From an uncultured Gemmatimonadales bacterium (GTDB lineage: Bacteria > Gemmatimonadota > Gemmatimonadetes > Gemmatimonadales > GWC2-71-9), in NCBI GenBank assembly GCA_963821525.1, contig CAWGED010000010.1, positions 32,001-96,000 on the forward strand: DNA of 64,000 bases. The letters are read 5' to 3'. Made by a program: the position numbers and the translations under genes. Positions 48,694-59,246 of the stretch are shown here, piece after piece (position 1 is the first letter of the stretch; each line of letters begins with the position of its first letter). Below the pieces are notes generated by a model. It was not told the DNA's origin and made no database searches. It worked only from the letters and a program-made list of their open reading frames with translations.

Positions 48694-49156
48694 TGCCTGG
48701 CTCCAACGACCGCTACGCGAAGGAGTTCCTGGCGGTTGGGGGACGATGGACTTCAACGCCCACATGGCCAATACGGCCTATCTGGATCTCGCCGCGGACG
48801 TCCGCATGGCATTCTTCGCCGAGCATGGATTCCCGCCCAGTGAGTTCCGCCGGCTCGCCATCGGCCCCGTCATCCGCAAGGACGAGCTCGAGTACCGCCG
48901 GGAGGTTGGCCTGCACGACACCGTGACCGTCACGTACTCCATGTTGGCGATGAGTCCTGACGGGGCACGATTTGTCGTCCAGAACGAGTTCCTGCTGGCG
49001 AGTGGGGAGCTGGCCGCGACCGTCCGGTCCACCGGCGGGTGGCTCGACCTGCGCGCTCGCAAGCTCGTCCCGCCGCCGCCGGCGCTATTGAGCGCTTTCT
49101 CCCAGGTGCCGCGCGCTCAGAGTTATACCGAGTTGCCGCTCAAGGGCCAGGAGTAG
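48693..49156 (+). CDS. Acyl-CoA thioesterase (4HBT hot-dog fold); probable indel near 48733
   Basis: MDFNAHMANTAY, GGWLDLRARK. Confidence 0.85.
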
Positions 49157-49180
49157 ACGCCGCACGTCACAGGAGTGCCC

Positions 49181-49612
49181 ATGCCCGACATCCTGCAAGA
49201 CTTCCCAATCAAGGCTCCGGCAAGCCGCGTCTTCCGGGCAATCAGCGACCCGGCGGAGCTCGACCAATGGTGGACGGTCAGCTCCGCGGGCGAGCCTCGC
49301 CTGGGTGCCGACTACAAGCTCTTCTTCGGCCCCGACTATGACTGGAAGGCAAGGGTGGCCCGATGTACCCCCGACAAGGAATTCGAGTTTGAGCTGACCC
49401 GTGCCGACAGCGAGTGGCTGGGGACCAGAGTCGGATTCGAGTTGGAAGGGGATGGGAAAGTCACCCAGGTTCGGTTCCATCACCTGGGGTGGCCGGCGGA
49501 GTCGGAGCACTACCGGATATCATGCCATTGCTGGGCGATGTATCTCCGGATTCTGCGGCGGTATCTGGAGCACGGGGAGACTGTGCCGTACGAGCGCCGG
49601 CTCGACGTGTAA
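49181..49612 (+). CDS. SRPBCC (AHSA1-like) protein
   Basis: LDQWWT, EWLGT, CWAMYLRILRR. Confidence 0.9.
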   Translation: MPDILQDFPIKAPASRVFRAISDPAELDQWWTVSSAGEPRLGADYKLFFGPDYDWKARVARCTPDKEFEFELTRADSEWLGTRVGFELEGDGKVTQVRFHHLGWPAESEHYRISCHCWAMYLRILRRYLEHGETVPYERRLDV

Positions 49613-49623
49613 GGAAGTCTCGC

Positions 49624-50401
49624 GTGACCGCCTCTCGACAACGCAGTCTACGATCGGCTGGCCGACAGTTGGTGGGACGAGAGCGGCCTCCTGCATTCGC
49701 TCACCGCTCTCAATCCCGCCCGGTTCGGTTACATGCGACGGGTGCTCGTCGAGGAGCTGCGGATCTCGCCGCTGGGTCTTCGCGTCCTGGATATCGGTTG
49801 TGGCGGTGGACTGCTGGCAGAGGAATTCGCGCGGCTGGGCTGCGTCGTGACGGGAGTGGACCCTTCAGCGGAGTCGCTGGCAGCAGCACGGAAGCACGCG
49901 ATGAGTCAGGGGCTGGCGATCCGGTACCAGTGCGCACGAGGAGAGGCGCTCCCCTTTGCCGATGCAAGCTTCGATGCGGCGTACTGCTGTGATGTGCTGG
50001 AGCACGTGGATGATCTGAGCCGGGTGATCGCCGAGACCGCGCGAGTGCTCCGGCCCAGAGGGACCTACTTCTTCGACACCATCAATCGGACCTTTCTTAG
50101 CTGGCTGATCATGATCAAGCTGCTCCAGGAGTGGGGCTGGAGCGCCCTGATGCCGCCTCGGCTGCATGATTGGCACCGGTTCATTCGCCCGGCGGAGCTT
50201 CGGCGCGAGCTCACGCGGCAGGGTCTGGTGCCAGGCGGGATGACCGGGCTTAGGCCTCGTGCGAACGTTTTCCGTCAGTTCCGCGCTCTTCGCCGTCGCA
50301 AGCGAGGCTTCATCAGCTATGCGGCAGCATTCCGCGAGATGGATATCGCCGAAAGCCCTGACCTGTCGGTCTCCTATATCGGATTCGCCCGCAAGCCTTA
50401 G
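49624..50401 (+). CDS. UbiG-like O-methyltransferase (indel near the start)
   Basis: DN..YD...WWDE, LNPARFGY, VLDIGCGGG, DVLEHV, FDTINRT, FIRPAEL. Confidence 0.85.
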
Positions 50402-50482
50402 CCGTAGACCCCTCCCTTCCCCAGTTGACAAGCCACGGAGTTCCCGGCATTACCGTGTAATCCAACCTACACGAGGTGGGTC

Positions 50483-51373
50483 ATGAACCTGATCGTCAGC
50501 GGAACCGGTGCGCTGGGGATGGAGACTTGTCGGCTACTCGCGGCGCGAGGTGACCCGATCCGGGCGCTGGTTCGCGCCACCTCGAATCCCGACAAGACGG
50601 TGGAACTCAAGGGCCTGGGCGCCGAGCTGGCAACGGGAGACCTGAAGGACCCCGCTTCTCTGATGGCAGCGTGCAAGGGTGTGGGCACCGTCATATCAAC
50701 AGCGACGTCGGTACATTCTCACGAAACCGGCGATTCGATCGACACCGTGGACCGTCAGGGTCAGCTCGCCCTGGTCGAAGCAGCGGAAGCCGCAGGTGTC
50801 AAACACTTCGTGCTGGTCTCGTTTCCCCCGGTCGACGTCGAATTCCCGCTGCAGAGCGCCAAGCGCGCCGTCGAGGACCGGCTCCGGCGAAGCCGGATGA
50901 GCTACACCATCCTGCAACCCACTTGCTTCATGGAGGTGTGGCTGAGTCCCGCCTTGGGATTCGATCCAGCGAATGGGAAAGCGACCATCTACGGACCGGG
51001 CATCAACAAAACCAGTTGGATTTCCTACCGGGATGTGGCCAGGTGCGCAGTCGCGGCCTTGAACAATCCCCGGGCGGCCAACGCGACCATCGAGCTGGGC
51101 GGTCCGGACGCCCTGAGTCCGCTCGAGGTGGTGCGAGCGGCGGAGGAGGTCGTGGGGAAGCCCGTCGTGGTGCAGCACGTCCCCGAAGAAGTCCTCAGGT
51201 CGCAACATGCGGCGGCCACTGATCTACTTCAGAAGTCGTTTGCGGGATTGATGCTGTACTACGCTGCGGGCGATGTCATCGACATGACTGAGGCTCGGCG
51301 AGCACTTTCAGTGGAACGGCTCAAATCGGTTCGGGAGTATCTTCAGGGGTCTGTCGCCGCGGCTACCCCTTAG
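50483..51373 (+). CDS. NmrA-like/atypical SDR NAD(P)-binding protein
   Basis: VSGTGALG, SAKRAVE, ISYRDVA, GGPD. Confidence 0.9.
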   Translation: MNLIVSGTGALGMETCRLLAARGDPIRALVRATSNPDKTVELKGLGAELATGDLKDPASLMAACKGVGTVISTATSVHSHETGDSIDTVDRQGQLALVEAAEAAGVKHFVLVSFPPVDVEFPLQSAKRAVEDRLRRSRMSYTILQPTCFMEVWLSPALGFDPANGKATIYGPGINKTSWISYRDVARCAVAALNNPRAANATIELGGPDALSPLEVVRAAEEVVGKPVVVQHVPEEVLRSQHAAATDLLQKSFAGLMLYYAAGDVIDMTEARRALSVERLKSVREYLQGSVAAATP

Positions 51374-51383
51374 ACCTCGCCTG

Positions 51384-51809
51384 TTGATGAACCGTCTGCT
51401 TCTCTATGTCCTTCTCGCCACCGGGTGCGGGGTCGCCAACTCGGGACGGGTGCCCGAGGTATCGGAAACGGGCTGCCCTCCGAGCGGCGGACATCGCGAT
51501 CCCACCGGCGCCAGGACCTTCGATTCGACCGAGGTGGACCGCGATGCCCTGGTCGAGGACGACGTACCGGCATTTCACTCCCCGGTTCGCGCGGGACATG
51601 TCGTGGCGCGGTTCGTGATCGACTCGACCGGCCTGGCCGATCTGCGGACCTTAACGATCGAGGACAGCCCCGACACGGCGCTCGCCCGCGCGGTGCGCTC
51701 CTACCTGCCCCAGACCCACTTCATTCCCGCGGAACTGCACGGTTGCAAGGTTCGGGTCTGGGCGCGCTGGCCGTTCAGTATTCTGAGTGGCGCCGAGGTG
51801 CAGACCTAG
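51384..51809 (+). CDS. Lipoprotein with TonB C-terminal-like domain
   Basis: LATGC lipobox; GHVVARFVIDSTG, FIPAE..G.KV. Confidence 0.75.
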   Translation: MMNRLLLYVLLATGCGVANSGRVPEVSETGCPPSGGHRDPTGARTFDSTEVDRDALVEDDVPAFHSPVRAGHVVARFVIDSTGLADLRTLTIEDSPDTALARAVRSYLPQTHFIPAELHGCKVRVWARWPFSILSGAEVQT

Positions 51810-51957
51810 ATTTGTGAGCAGGTGATCCTTGCCCCCCACCGGCTCGGCCCGCACCTTAAGCGGGACCACCACGTCTTGGGATCTTCCTACCTCGGACCAT
51901 TAGGACTCACCCTCCGGCCGGACCGCTGCGCTGGATTCGAAAGGCAAGAAGGAACCG

Positions 51958-53208
51958 ATGACCGCGAAGGAGTCCCCCGCCCGCACATCCTCCGCATTCC
52001 TCCCTTCCTCGGGTCAAGTCCACGTCATCGGTGCCGGCCCCGTGGGTCTTCTCCTGACCGCGCTGCTTCAGTCCATGGAACGCTTCTCCGTCCATCTCTA
52101 TGAGAAGCGACCCGAGTACAAGCGGACCCGCATGGTCCAGCTCGCCTCGTACCTGGTGGCGGATTCACTTGAGAGCTATCGCAGCGATTACATCGACGGA
52201 GAAAACGTCGAGGCGGTCTTCGATCCACCGGAGCTGGAGGAAGGGCTCGCATTCAGGCAATCCATTCCTGCCGACCTGATGTCCCTGCTTCAGAAGTGGG
52301 CACAGGGATTCGTTCCGCTCAATGGCATCGAACGCTCCCTCAGCAACCTGATCGACACGCGCGCCTCGCATCCGGTGCAACGGATTGCCGGCGTCATGAC
52401 GCCGGACGCCGCGCTGGCGCTGCTGGAGCCGGGGGATACCCTGATCGATTGCACGGGTTCCCGGTCGCTGTTGCGTGATCACCTGGTACCGGGCTCCGGT
52501 ACGGTGATTGAGGGAGCCAACACCGTCAACATTCGCCTCGAGTACGCGATCGTCGTCACATTCCTGTACGGGCAGGCGTACGACTGCAACGAGTTTTGCA
52601 AGTACTACAAGAACGAGGGGAACTCGCAGTACAAGTTCATTCCGGCGGTCGCCCGCACCTGCGACAACAATGGCCTCACCCACGTCACGGGCATCGTCCA
52701 CATCACCGCCGAGGACTACGCGGCGATGCCCGCACAATTCGATGGCGGGTGGCTCCGCGCCAACTTCCCAGCGGTGGCCGCCTCGATGGACCGGTTCATC
52801 GACAAGATCAGGCAGGAAACTAATGGAGAGCTGGTCGGCGACCTCGAGATCATACGAATACCCCTGAACCTGTACCGGGCCCGCAACGCGACGAGCCGGC
52901 CTTGGCGCAAGGCCGGACCGGGCGACCATCCCTTCACCAGCTCACCGGTGTTCCTGGTCGGGGATGCGGCCATCGGGTCCCCCTATTTTCAGTCGATCTC
53001 GCTGGGGTTTGAGTCCGCCATGTACCTGGCCGGCCTGATCGCTCAGCGGACTCTGTCGCTCAGGGACATGCTGGATCGCTATGAGATATTCATGTACAAG
53101 CAGTGGCTTCGCGTCTACATGCGCAGCAAGATGATCAAGCACAACAAGGATCTGCTGGAGTGCATCGACGACAAGTTTGCGCTCCTGGGCCAGCTCCACA
53201 TCTATTAG
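51958..53208 (+). CDS. FAD-dependent oxidoreductase-like protein
   Basis: VIGAGPVG, IDCTG, LVGDAA flavoprotein motifs. Confidence 0.75.
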   Translation: MTAKESPARTSSAFLPSSGQVHVIGAGPVGLLLTALLQSMERFSVHLYEKRPEYKRTRMVQLASYLVADSLESYRSDYIDGENVEAVFDPPELEEGLAFRQSIPADLMSLLQKWAQGFVPLNGIERSLSNLIDTRASHPVQRIAGVMTPDAALALLEPGDTLIDCTGSRSLLRDHLVPGSGTVIEGANTVNIRLEYAIVVTFLYGQAYDCNEFCKYYKNEGNSQYKFIPAVARTCDNNGLTHVTGIVHITAEDYAAMPAQFDGGWLRANFPAVAASMDRFIDKIRQETNGELVGDLEIIRIPLNLYRARNATSRPWRKAGPGDHPFTSSPVFLVGDAAIGSPYFQSISLGFESAMYLAGLIAQRTLSLRDMLDRYEIFMYKQWLRVYMRSKMIKHNKDLLECIDDKFALLGQLHIY

Positions 53209-53225
53209 CGCAAGGAGAAGTCGCG

Positions 53226-53570
53226 ATGGAAGTTCACCCCGGGGTATTCGTGTCCAGCACGTCGACGGACACCTGGCGATCCGACCCGGAGGTCGGCGGC
53301 GGCGCCGAGGAGCACGTGCTCTTCGACTCCCGAAGCATGCGAGCCGGCCTCAGCCGCTTCACGGCGACTGCCGATCCCCATCCGCCGGCCTGGGTGCTGC
53401 CCCAGACCGAGGTGATCCTGGTGCTCGAGGGTGGAGTCAAGATCGAAATCGAGGGCGGGCCCACCCTCGAGCTGAAACCCGGCGACATGGTGTCCCTGCC
53501 CAAGGGCCTGGTCACACGCTGGCACCTCACCCTCCCGTTCAAGGAGATGTGGGTGCTCGCCGGCGCCTAG
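53226..53570 (+). CDS. Cupin (EutQ/DUF861-like)
   Basis: EVILVLEG, PGDMVSLPKG..TRW. Confidence 0.85.
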   Translation: MEVHPGVFVSSTSTDTWRSDPEVGGGAEEHVLFDSRSMRAGLSRFTATADPHPPAWVLPQTEVILVLEGGVKIEIEGGPTLELKPGDMVSLPKGLVTRWHLTLPFKEMWVLAGA

Positions 53571-53585
53571 CTCCCCTCCCTGACG

Positions 53586-54122
53586 ATGGCTCTCGTCGTC
53601 TTCCTCCGAGGGATCAACGTTGGCGGACACCGGAGGTTTCGCCCCAGCATCCTCGCAACAGCGCTGAGCAAGTATGATGTGGTGAACGTAGGGGCCGCCG
53701 GCACGTTCGTCGTTCGTAAACCAGGCTCACGCACGAGGTTCCGAGCTGCATTGGTCAAGAAGCTGCCATTCGAGGCGGAGGTTGCGCTCTGTGATGGCCG
53801 CGACCTGATCCGTCTCATGATGGACAATCCCTTTGGAACGGAGCCTCCACGCCCTGACGTTGTTCGCTTCGTAAGCATCCTGTCGAAAGCCGGCCGGGTC
53901 CGGCCCACCCTTCCAATCACACTCCCGCCGAACGGGGAGTGGCTGGTGCGAGTCATCGCCGCCAGCGATCGCTTCGTCTTCGGGGTGTACCGCCGTCACA
54001 TGAGGACGATCACCTGTCTGGGCCAGATCGACAAACTGTTTGGTGTGCCGGCGACCACTCGGAACTGGAACAGCATTACCGCCATCGTTCGGGTGTTGAA
54101 CAACGAGGAGAAGAAGGGTTAG
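53586..54122 (+). CDS. DUF1697 protein
   Basis: FLRGINVGG, TTRNWN. Confidence 0.9.
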   Translation: MALVVFLRGINVGGHRRFRPSILATALSKYDVVNVGAAGTFVVRKPGSRTRFRAALVKKLPFEAEVALCDGRDLIRLMMDNPFGTEPPRPDVVRFVSILSKAGRVRPTLPITLPPNGEWLVRVIAASDRFVFGVYRRHMRTITCLGQIDKLFGVPATTRNWNSITAIVRVLNNEEKKG

Positions 54123-54152
54123 AGTTTGCTATCACATCAGAGGAGACCGCGC

Positions 54153-55562
54153 ATGACCCGTGACCTCAGCCTCACTCGTCTGGCCACGCGACTCGCCCTG
54201 CTGGCGGTATTGGCGGTACCCGCCGCCGCCCAGCAGCTCGCTCCGGAGGAACGCGCCAGGATCGACAGCGCCGCGGTCGCGGTGCTGGCCGGCACCGGTG
54301 CGCCGAGTGCTTCGGTGGCCGTCGTGCGAGGCGGGGAGATCGTGTACGAGCAGGCCTACGGCGAGGGACGAATCGGGACGCCGGCGACACCGGCCATGCG
54401 ATACGCCATCGGGTCGGTGAGCAAGCAGTTCACCGCCACGGCGATTCTCCTGTTGGCGGAAGAGGGCAAACTGTCACTCGATGACAAGGTCGCGCGCTGG
54501 TTCCCCAACCTGACGCGCGCCAACGAGGTGACCATCCGCCAGCTGCTCTCGATGACCTCCGGGTACCAGGACTTCTGGCCGCAGGACTACGTCTTCACGG
54601 CGATGCAGGGGGCGACGACGGCGGATGCCATCATGCAGCGGTGGGCCAAACAGACCCTCGACTTCGACCCCGGTACCGCCTGGCAATACAGCAACACCAA
54701 CTACACCATCGCCGGTGCCATCGTGGAGCGGGTCGCAGGTGGGCCATTCATGGAGTTCCTGAAGCAACGGATCTTCAACCGGCTGGGCATGAAGTCGGTC
54801 GCCGACTTCGACGCAGGCCCGCTCCAGCAACCCGACGCCGGCGCCTACCTCCGCAATGGCATCGGACCGCTCAGGGAGGCGCCCAAGGAAGGGCCTCGGT
54901 GGCTCTTTGCCGCCGGACAGCTCGCGATGACCACCCACGACCTGGCGACCTGGGACCTGAGCGTGATCAAGCAGACGATTCTCAAGCCCGCCTCCTATCG
55001 GGCGCAGCAAACGACGACCCTGCTCGCCAATGGAACGTCGACCGGCTACGGGCTGGGCATCAACGTGAGCATGGTCGGGGGACGGCGGCGACTGTCGCAC
55101 GGTGGGGCGGTCTCGGGCTACACCACGACCAACCAGGTCTACCCCGATGATCGCGCGGCGATCGTCGTCTTCACCAATATCTATCCCGGTGGCGCCGGCG
55201 CCTCGGGACAAATCGCGTCGCGGATTGCGGCCGTAATCTTCTCATCGTCCGATACCGCGGATGTCGCCGCGCGCGAAACGGCGCAAAAGGTCTACGAGGG
55301 CCTGGCGCAAGGCCGAATCGACCGGAGCCTGTTTACCTCGAATGCGAACGCCTTCTTCAGCGACCAGGTACTGGCGGACTATGGCGCGAGTCTGGGTCCG
55401 TTGGGGGCGCCGACCGAGTTCACGGCGACCGGCAGCCAACTGCGCGGCGGATTGCGCATCCGCAGCTACCGGATTCGGGCCGGTGCCATGACCATGGATC
55501 TCACCATGATGACTCAGCCCGACGGACGGATCGAGCAGTACATCGTGGAGCGGGAGGGATAA
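54153..55562 (+). CDS. Serine hydrolase (beta-lactamase class C/R61-like)
   Basis: SVSK, YSN, HGG motifs; signal peptide. Confidence 0.92.
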   Translation: MTRDLSLTRLATRLALLAVLAVPAAAQQLAPEERARIDSAAVAVLAGTGAPSASVAVVRGGEIVYEQAYGEGRIGTPATPAMRYAIGSVSKQFTATAILLLAEEGKLSLDDKVARWFPNLTRANEVTIRQLLSMTSGYQDFWPQDYVFTAMQGATTADAIMQRWAKQTLDFDPGTAWQYSNTNYTIAGAIVERVAGGPFMEFLKQRIFNRLGMKSVADFDAGPLQQPDAGAYLRNGIGPLREAPKEGPRWLFAAGQLAMTTHDLATWDLSVIKQTILKPASYRAQQTTTLLANGTSTGYGLGINVSMVGGRRRLSHGGAVSGYTTTNQVYPDDRAAIVVFTNIYPGGAGASGQIASRIAAVIFSSSDTADVAARETAQKVYEGLAQGRIDRSLFTSNANAFFSDQVLADYGASLGPLGAPTEFTATGSQLRGGLRIRSYRIRAGAMTMDLTMMTQPDGRIEQYIVEREG

Positions 55563-55572
55563 CTCCCCTGCG

Positions 55573-56119
55573 ATGGGTTTGCTAACGGTGCCGTTCGATC
55601 GCCAGCCATCTCTAGCCGGGGATCTCCTCGACCTCCGTCCCCTCCGCGTCGACGACTTCGACGCGCTCTTTCGAGTCGCGTCCGATCCGCTTATCTGGGA
55701 GCAGCACCCCGACAGCGATCGCTATCAGGAAAAGGTCTTCCGCGGCTTTTTCGAGGAGGCGCTCGGCCTCGGGTGGGGCGCTCGTGGCCCTGGACCGGGC
55801 CGATGGCCGCATCATCGGCTCGTCCCGTTACCACGGCTACGTTCCTGAAGAGAGTGTGGTCGAGATCGGCTGGACCTTCCTCGCCCGGGCGTATTGGGGC
55901 GGCCGCTACAACGGCGAGATGAAGCGACTGATGCTGGAGCACGCGTTCCGCTCGGTAGACCGGGTGCTTTTCATCATTGGACCCGAGAATCGGCGGTCGC
56001 AGCGGGCGGTGGAGAAGATTGGAGCCGTACGCAGTGGCAGTACGATGGATCCGCAGGGACGGGAGCGCGTGGTGTATGAGCTGACGCCGGCGCGATACTA
56101 CCGGCTCCCCGGCTTATAG
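55573..56119 (+). pseudogene. RimJ/RimL-type GNAT, frameshift near 55770
   Basis: ASDPLIWEQHP then EIGWTFL, NRRSQRAVEKIG. Confidence 0.85.
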
Positions 56120-58185
56120 ACTCGCTCCGCATGCGCCTTGATCTCTTCCAGCGTAAACCACGCCGGCCGGAATTCGCCGCGCGCGTAGAGCGGGGCCTGA
56201 TCGAAGTAATGTGGCGACTGGGGATCGCCGCTCGCCCCCATCGTGTGTACCGCGAGCACCCGCACCGTGGGACCGAATTCCACGACGCTGATATACGACC
56301 CCCCCGCTACCCCATAACGCCGTTTCTGGCCTGGCACCGGACGCGCCGCAAAGGTGAACACTGCGCCGTCCTGGCCGCCAACCCCCACCACCGGTAGGCT
56401 GGACCGCGCGTCATCGAATTGCTGGTCCGCGCGCTCATCAAGGCGCTGCAGGCGGTTGACCTCCCCCCAGGGCACCTGCCACCTGCCCCACTCGCGCTCG
56501 AGGCGCACCACGGCGCTGTCCAGCGCGGCAAGTCGAGCTTCCCCATCCCCCAGCGCTTCCTGCCAGCGGTCGAACAGCGTCATCGCGACCGAAGCTGTGT
56601 CGCTGCGCCGATTCCACCGCGTCAGGGCGTCGATCGCCGGAGCCAGCGGTGCGTGGCGTGCGCTATCGGCAGCGAAGTCGCGCAGCAACCCGGGGAGCAG
56701 CGAATCGGCGCTGATGACGTAGGTGTCGAAGGCGGCCCGAACCCAGTCGTCCCAGGTGAACTGCGGCTTGGAATCGAGGATGCGACGCGAAACGAGTCCG
56801 CGCCAATTGTCACCCTCCGGCACCATGTAGCGCGGAAACCTGGACGAATCGGGATTGCCGCTGCTGGTGAGGAGAAACGGTGTCGTATTGCAGTTCTGCA
56901 TCCACCCGGTGCGCGGGTTGGTGAGCTGCGGCAGGTCCGCGAGTGAGTGATAGCCCCGCCATTCGGTTGCCGGATCGCTGCCATCTACTGGTGCGGACCA
57001 GTCGAAGCGCGGATCGCGCACCGGCACGGCCCCATTATAGAGGTAGAAGGTGTTCCCCTCGGCGTCGGCGGCCATGACGTTGCCAAACAACATGTTGAGC
57101 GGGCGCATGGCGTCCTTCAGCTCCGACACCCGATGTGCGCGCGTCATGGCGAACCATTCCGCGAGCCAGCCGTCGCCATCGAACTTCGCCATGCGCAGCG
57201 CCAGGGACTTGCCGTCGCGCGCGCCGACGATCGGCCCATGATGCGTCTTCCGGAAGGTGAACACCCGCCGCTCGATCCCACCTTCCGTCTTTACCCCGAT
57301 CGTATCGGTCCAGACCGTGGCCTGCCGATACCCTTTGCCATAGCGGTAGGCCGAAGGGTGAGCGGGATCGTCGAATGTCTCGAGGTAGAGATCGGCCTGA
57401 TCGGCAGCATTGTCGGTGCTCACCCAGCCCAGCGACTCATTGTGTCCGACGTACGGGAAGGGAAACCCGAAGCGGGTATACCCGGTGAAGTTCCACCCCT
57501 CGTCGCTCCTGATATGGCCCTCATACACCTGGCCGGAACCGAAAAACGGCAGATGCGGATTGATGAACAGCATGGCATGCCCGGTCGCGCTCTTGGTCGG
57601 CCCGATCACCCAACCGTTCGAACCGAAATCCTTCGACCGGACTGATGAATCCTCCAGCGCCACCTCGAGGTCCCCGGGCTCGAGTCCCGAGCTCCAGAAG
57701 AAGCCATTCTGGTAGTAGTTGTATCGGATGAAGGCGAGCGGATACCACGGTTCGAAGCGGGTGAGCAGTCGGGGATGCACATCGGGGTGATCCGCGAGAT
57801 AGGCGTTCAACCCCCCGACGAACGCTTCGAGGAGCGCGCGCATCCGCTGCGGCATACGGGCATACTCCGCTTGAGCAAGACGCGGGACCTCCAGCGTGCG
57901 GGAGCGACGGTCGCCGACCAGTCCACTCTCACCCTCCACCTCGGCGCGTCGACCGAGCGACTTGATGTAATTGTCCTCGATCTGCCAGAAGTTGTCCTCC
58001 GCCTGGGCGTAGGCGAAGCCGAAGAGGGTGCTGGCATCCGTCTCTCCGAATACGTGGGGGATGCCGTAGGTGTCCCGATAGATGGTCACGCGAGCCGCAA
58101 GGTCGTCTGACGGCGAGCGCCACCCGCCGAGTGGCGAGAAGCAGATCAATAGCGCCGCGACCGCGGCAATACGACCACGCGTCAT
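56098..58185 (-). CDS. Penicillin acylase family Ntn-hydrolase
   Basis: RDTYGIPHV, G|SNGW nucleophile, NPHL, THHGP, QNCN, SPHYFDQ. Confidence 0.93.
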   Translation of the reverse strand: MTRGRIAAVAALLICFSPLGGWRSPSDDLAARVTIYRDTYGIPHVFGETDASTLFGFAYAQAEDNFWQIEDNYIKSLGRRAEVEGESGLVGDRRSRTLEVPRLAQAEYARMPQRMRALLEAFVGGLNAYLADHPDVHPRLLTRFEPWYPLAFIRYNYYQNGFFWSSGLEPGDLEVALEDSSVRSKDFGSNGWVIGPTKSATGHAMLFINPHLPFFGSGQVYEGHIRSDEGWNFTGYTRFGFPFPYVGHNESLGWVSTDNAADQADLYLETFDDPAHPSAYRYGKGYRQATVWTDTIGVKTEGGIERRVFTFRKTHHGPIVGARDGKSLALRMAKFDGDGWLAEWFAMTRAHRVSELKDAMRPLNMLFGNVMAADAEGNTFYLYNGAVPVRDPRFDWSAPVDGSDPATEWRGYHSLADLPQLTNPRTGWMQNCNTTPFLLTSSGNPDSSRFPRYMVPEGDNWRGLVSRRILDSKPQFTWDDWVRAAFDTYVISADSLLPGLLRDFAADSARHAPLAPAIDALTRWNRRSDTASVAMTLFDRWQEALGDGEARLAALDSAVVRLEREWGRWQVPWGEVNRLQRLDERADQQFDDARSSLPVVGVGGQDGAVFTFAARPVPGQKRRYGVAGGSYISVVEFGPTVRVLAVHTMGASGDPQSPHYFDQAPLYARGEFRPAWFTLEEIKAHAERVYKPGSR

Positions 58186-58358
58186 ACGGCCTCCTTTTCA
58201 ATTCGGGACATCGGAATCTAGCCCGGCCCTGTGAGCGGCCCGGGGCAGTTCAGACCGAAACCTTAGACCGGCGGAATCCGGGAAACGTTTGTCACGGTTC
58301 GCACGTAAGAGCCTGCCGCGGATTGGCAGCGCGACTCTCCGAGCAAAGGAATCCTTCC

Positions 58359-59000
58359 ATGACTCAAGCCCTCAGGTCCCTGCGGACCGTGAGCGTTGCC
58401 CTCGGGTGTATGATCATGGCCTGCGCCGGACTGTTTGGAACCGCCGCAGCCGCCCAGGGCCAGAAACCCGAAAGCGCCACCCCGCCGGGTTACACTCTTA
58501 CTGGAACTGGCGACGTCCACGATTTCGATTACTTCGCAGGCGCCTGGACCACCCACCAGCGCCGCCTGAAGGAGCGCGGCGTCGGCAGCAACGACTGGGA
58601 GGAGTTCCCCGCGACGCTCTGCATGGCCCTCTACCTCGGCGGCATGGCGACTGTGGACGAGCTCTACTTCCCCACCAAGGGCTGGTCCGGCCTCACCCTC
58701 CGCACCTTCGATCTGGCGAAACACCAGTGGTCCATCTATTGGGTGAGCAGTGCCAGCGGCAAGGTCGAGCCGCCGGTGGTCGGCGGCTTCGAAGGAAAGC
58801 ACGGCGCCTTCTATGGCGAGGACCAGGACAACGGCCGTCCGGTCAAGGTCCGTTACACCTGGGACCTGCGCGATCACGACCACGCGCGGTGGGAGCAGGC
58901 CTTCTCCTACGACAACAAGTCCTGGGAGACCAACTGGACGGCGGACTTTGTGCGGGCCGACCCGGCGACCACCTGCCAAGGCGGTCGTCCCAGACATTAG
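58359..59000 (+). CDS. Secreted hypothetical protein (DUF1579-like)
   Basis: HDFDYFAGAW, WSIYW, RWEQAFS...WETNW. Confidence 0.8.
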   Translation: MTQALRSLRTVSVALGCMIMACAGLFGTAAAAQGQKPESATPPGYTLTGTGDVHDFDYFAGAWTTHQRRLKERGVGSNDWEEFPATLCMALYLGGMATVDELYFPTKGWSGLTLRTFDLAKHQWSIYWVSSASGKVEPPVVGGFEGKHGAFYGEDQDNGRPVKVRYTWDLRDHDHARWEQAFSYDNKSWETNWTADFVRADPATTCQGGRPRH

Positions 59001-59058
59001 CCTACCCCGCCTCGCGCCTCGCGTACCGCTTCATCGTAGGGGCGTTCAGGCTCTCGAG

Positions 59059-59172
59059 GGCCGCAGATGAACGCAGATGAACGCAGTTGATGCTTCTTCT
59101 GAGTTCTTGACTAACCTAAGGCAAACGCCTGCAAGATTTCTGCGTTTATCTGCGTTTTTCTGCGGCTGAATC
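59059..59172. repeat. Inverted-tandem-repeat element (CGCAGA type), opposite orientation
   Basis: GGCCGCAGATGAACGCAGATGAACGCAG ... CTGCGTTTATCTGCGTTTTTCTGCGGCTGAATC. Confidence 0.88.
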
Positions 59173-59246
59173 GGCCTAAACCCTATCGTTCGTCCTCCCT
59201 TGCCACGTCTGTTCGTCATCCCTTGCGACGGCTGGTAGAATAATGC

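Noticed and set aside
50424..50460. TTGACA promoter before the NmrA-like gene
   Set aside because: No convincing -10 box at 16-18 bp spacing.
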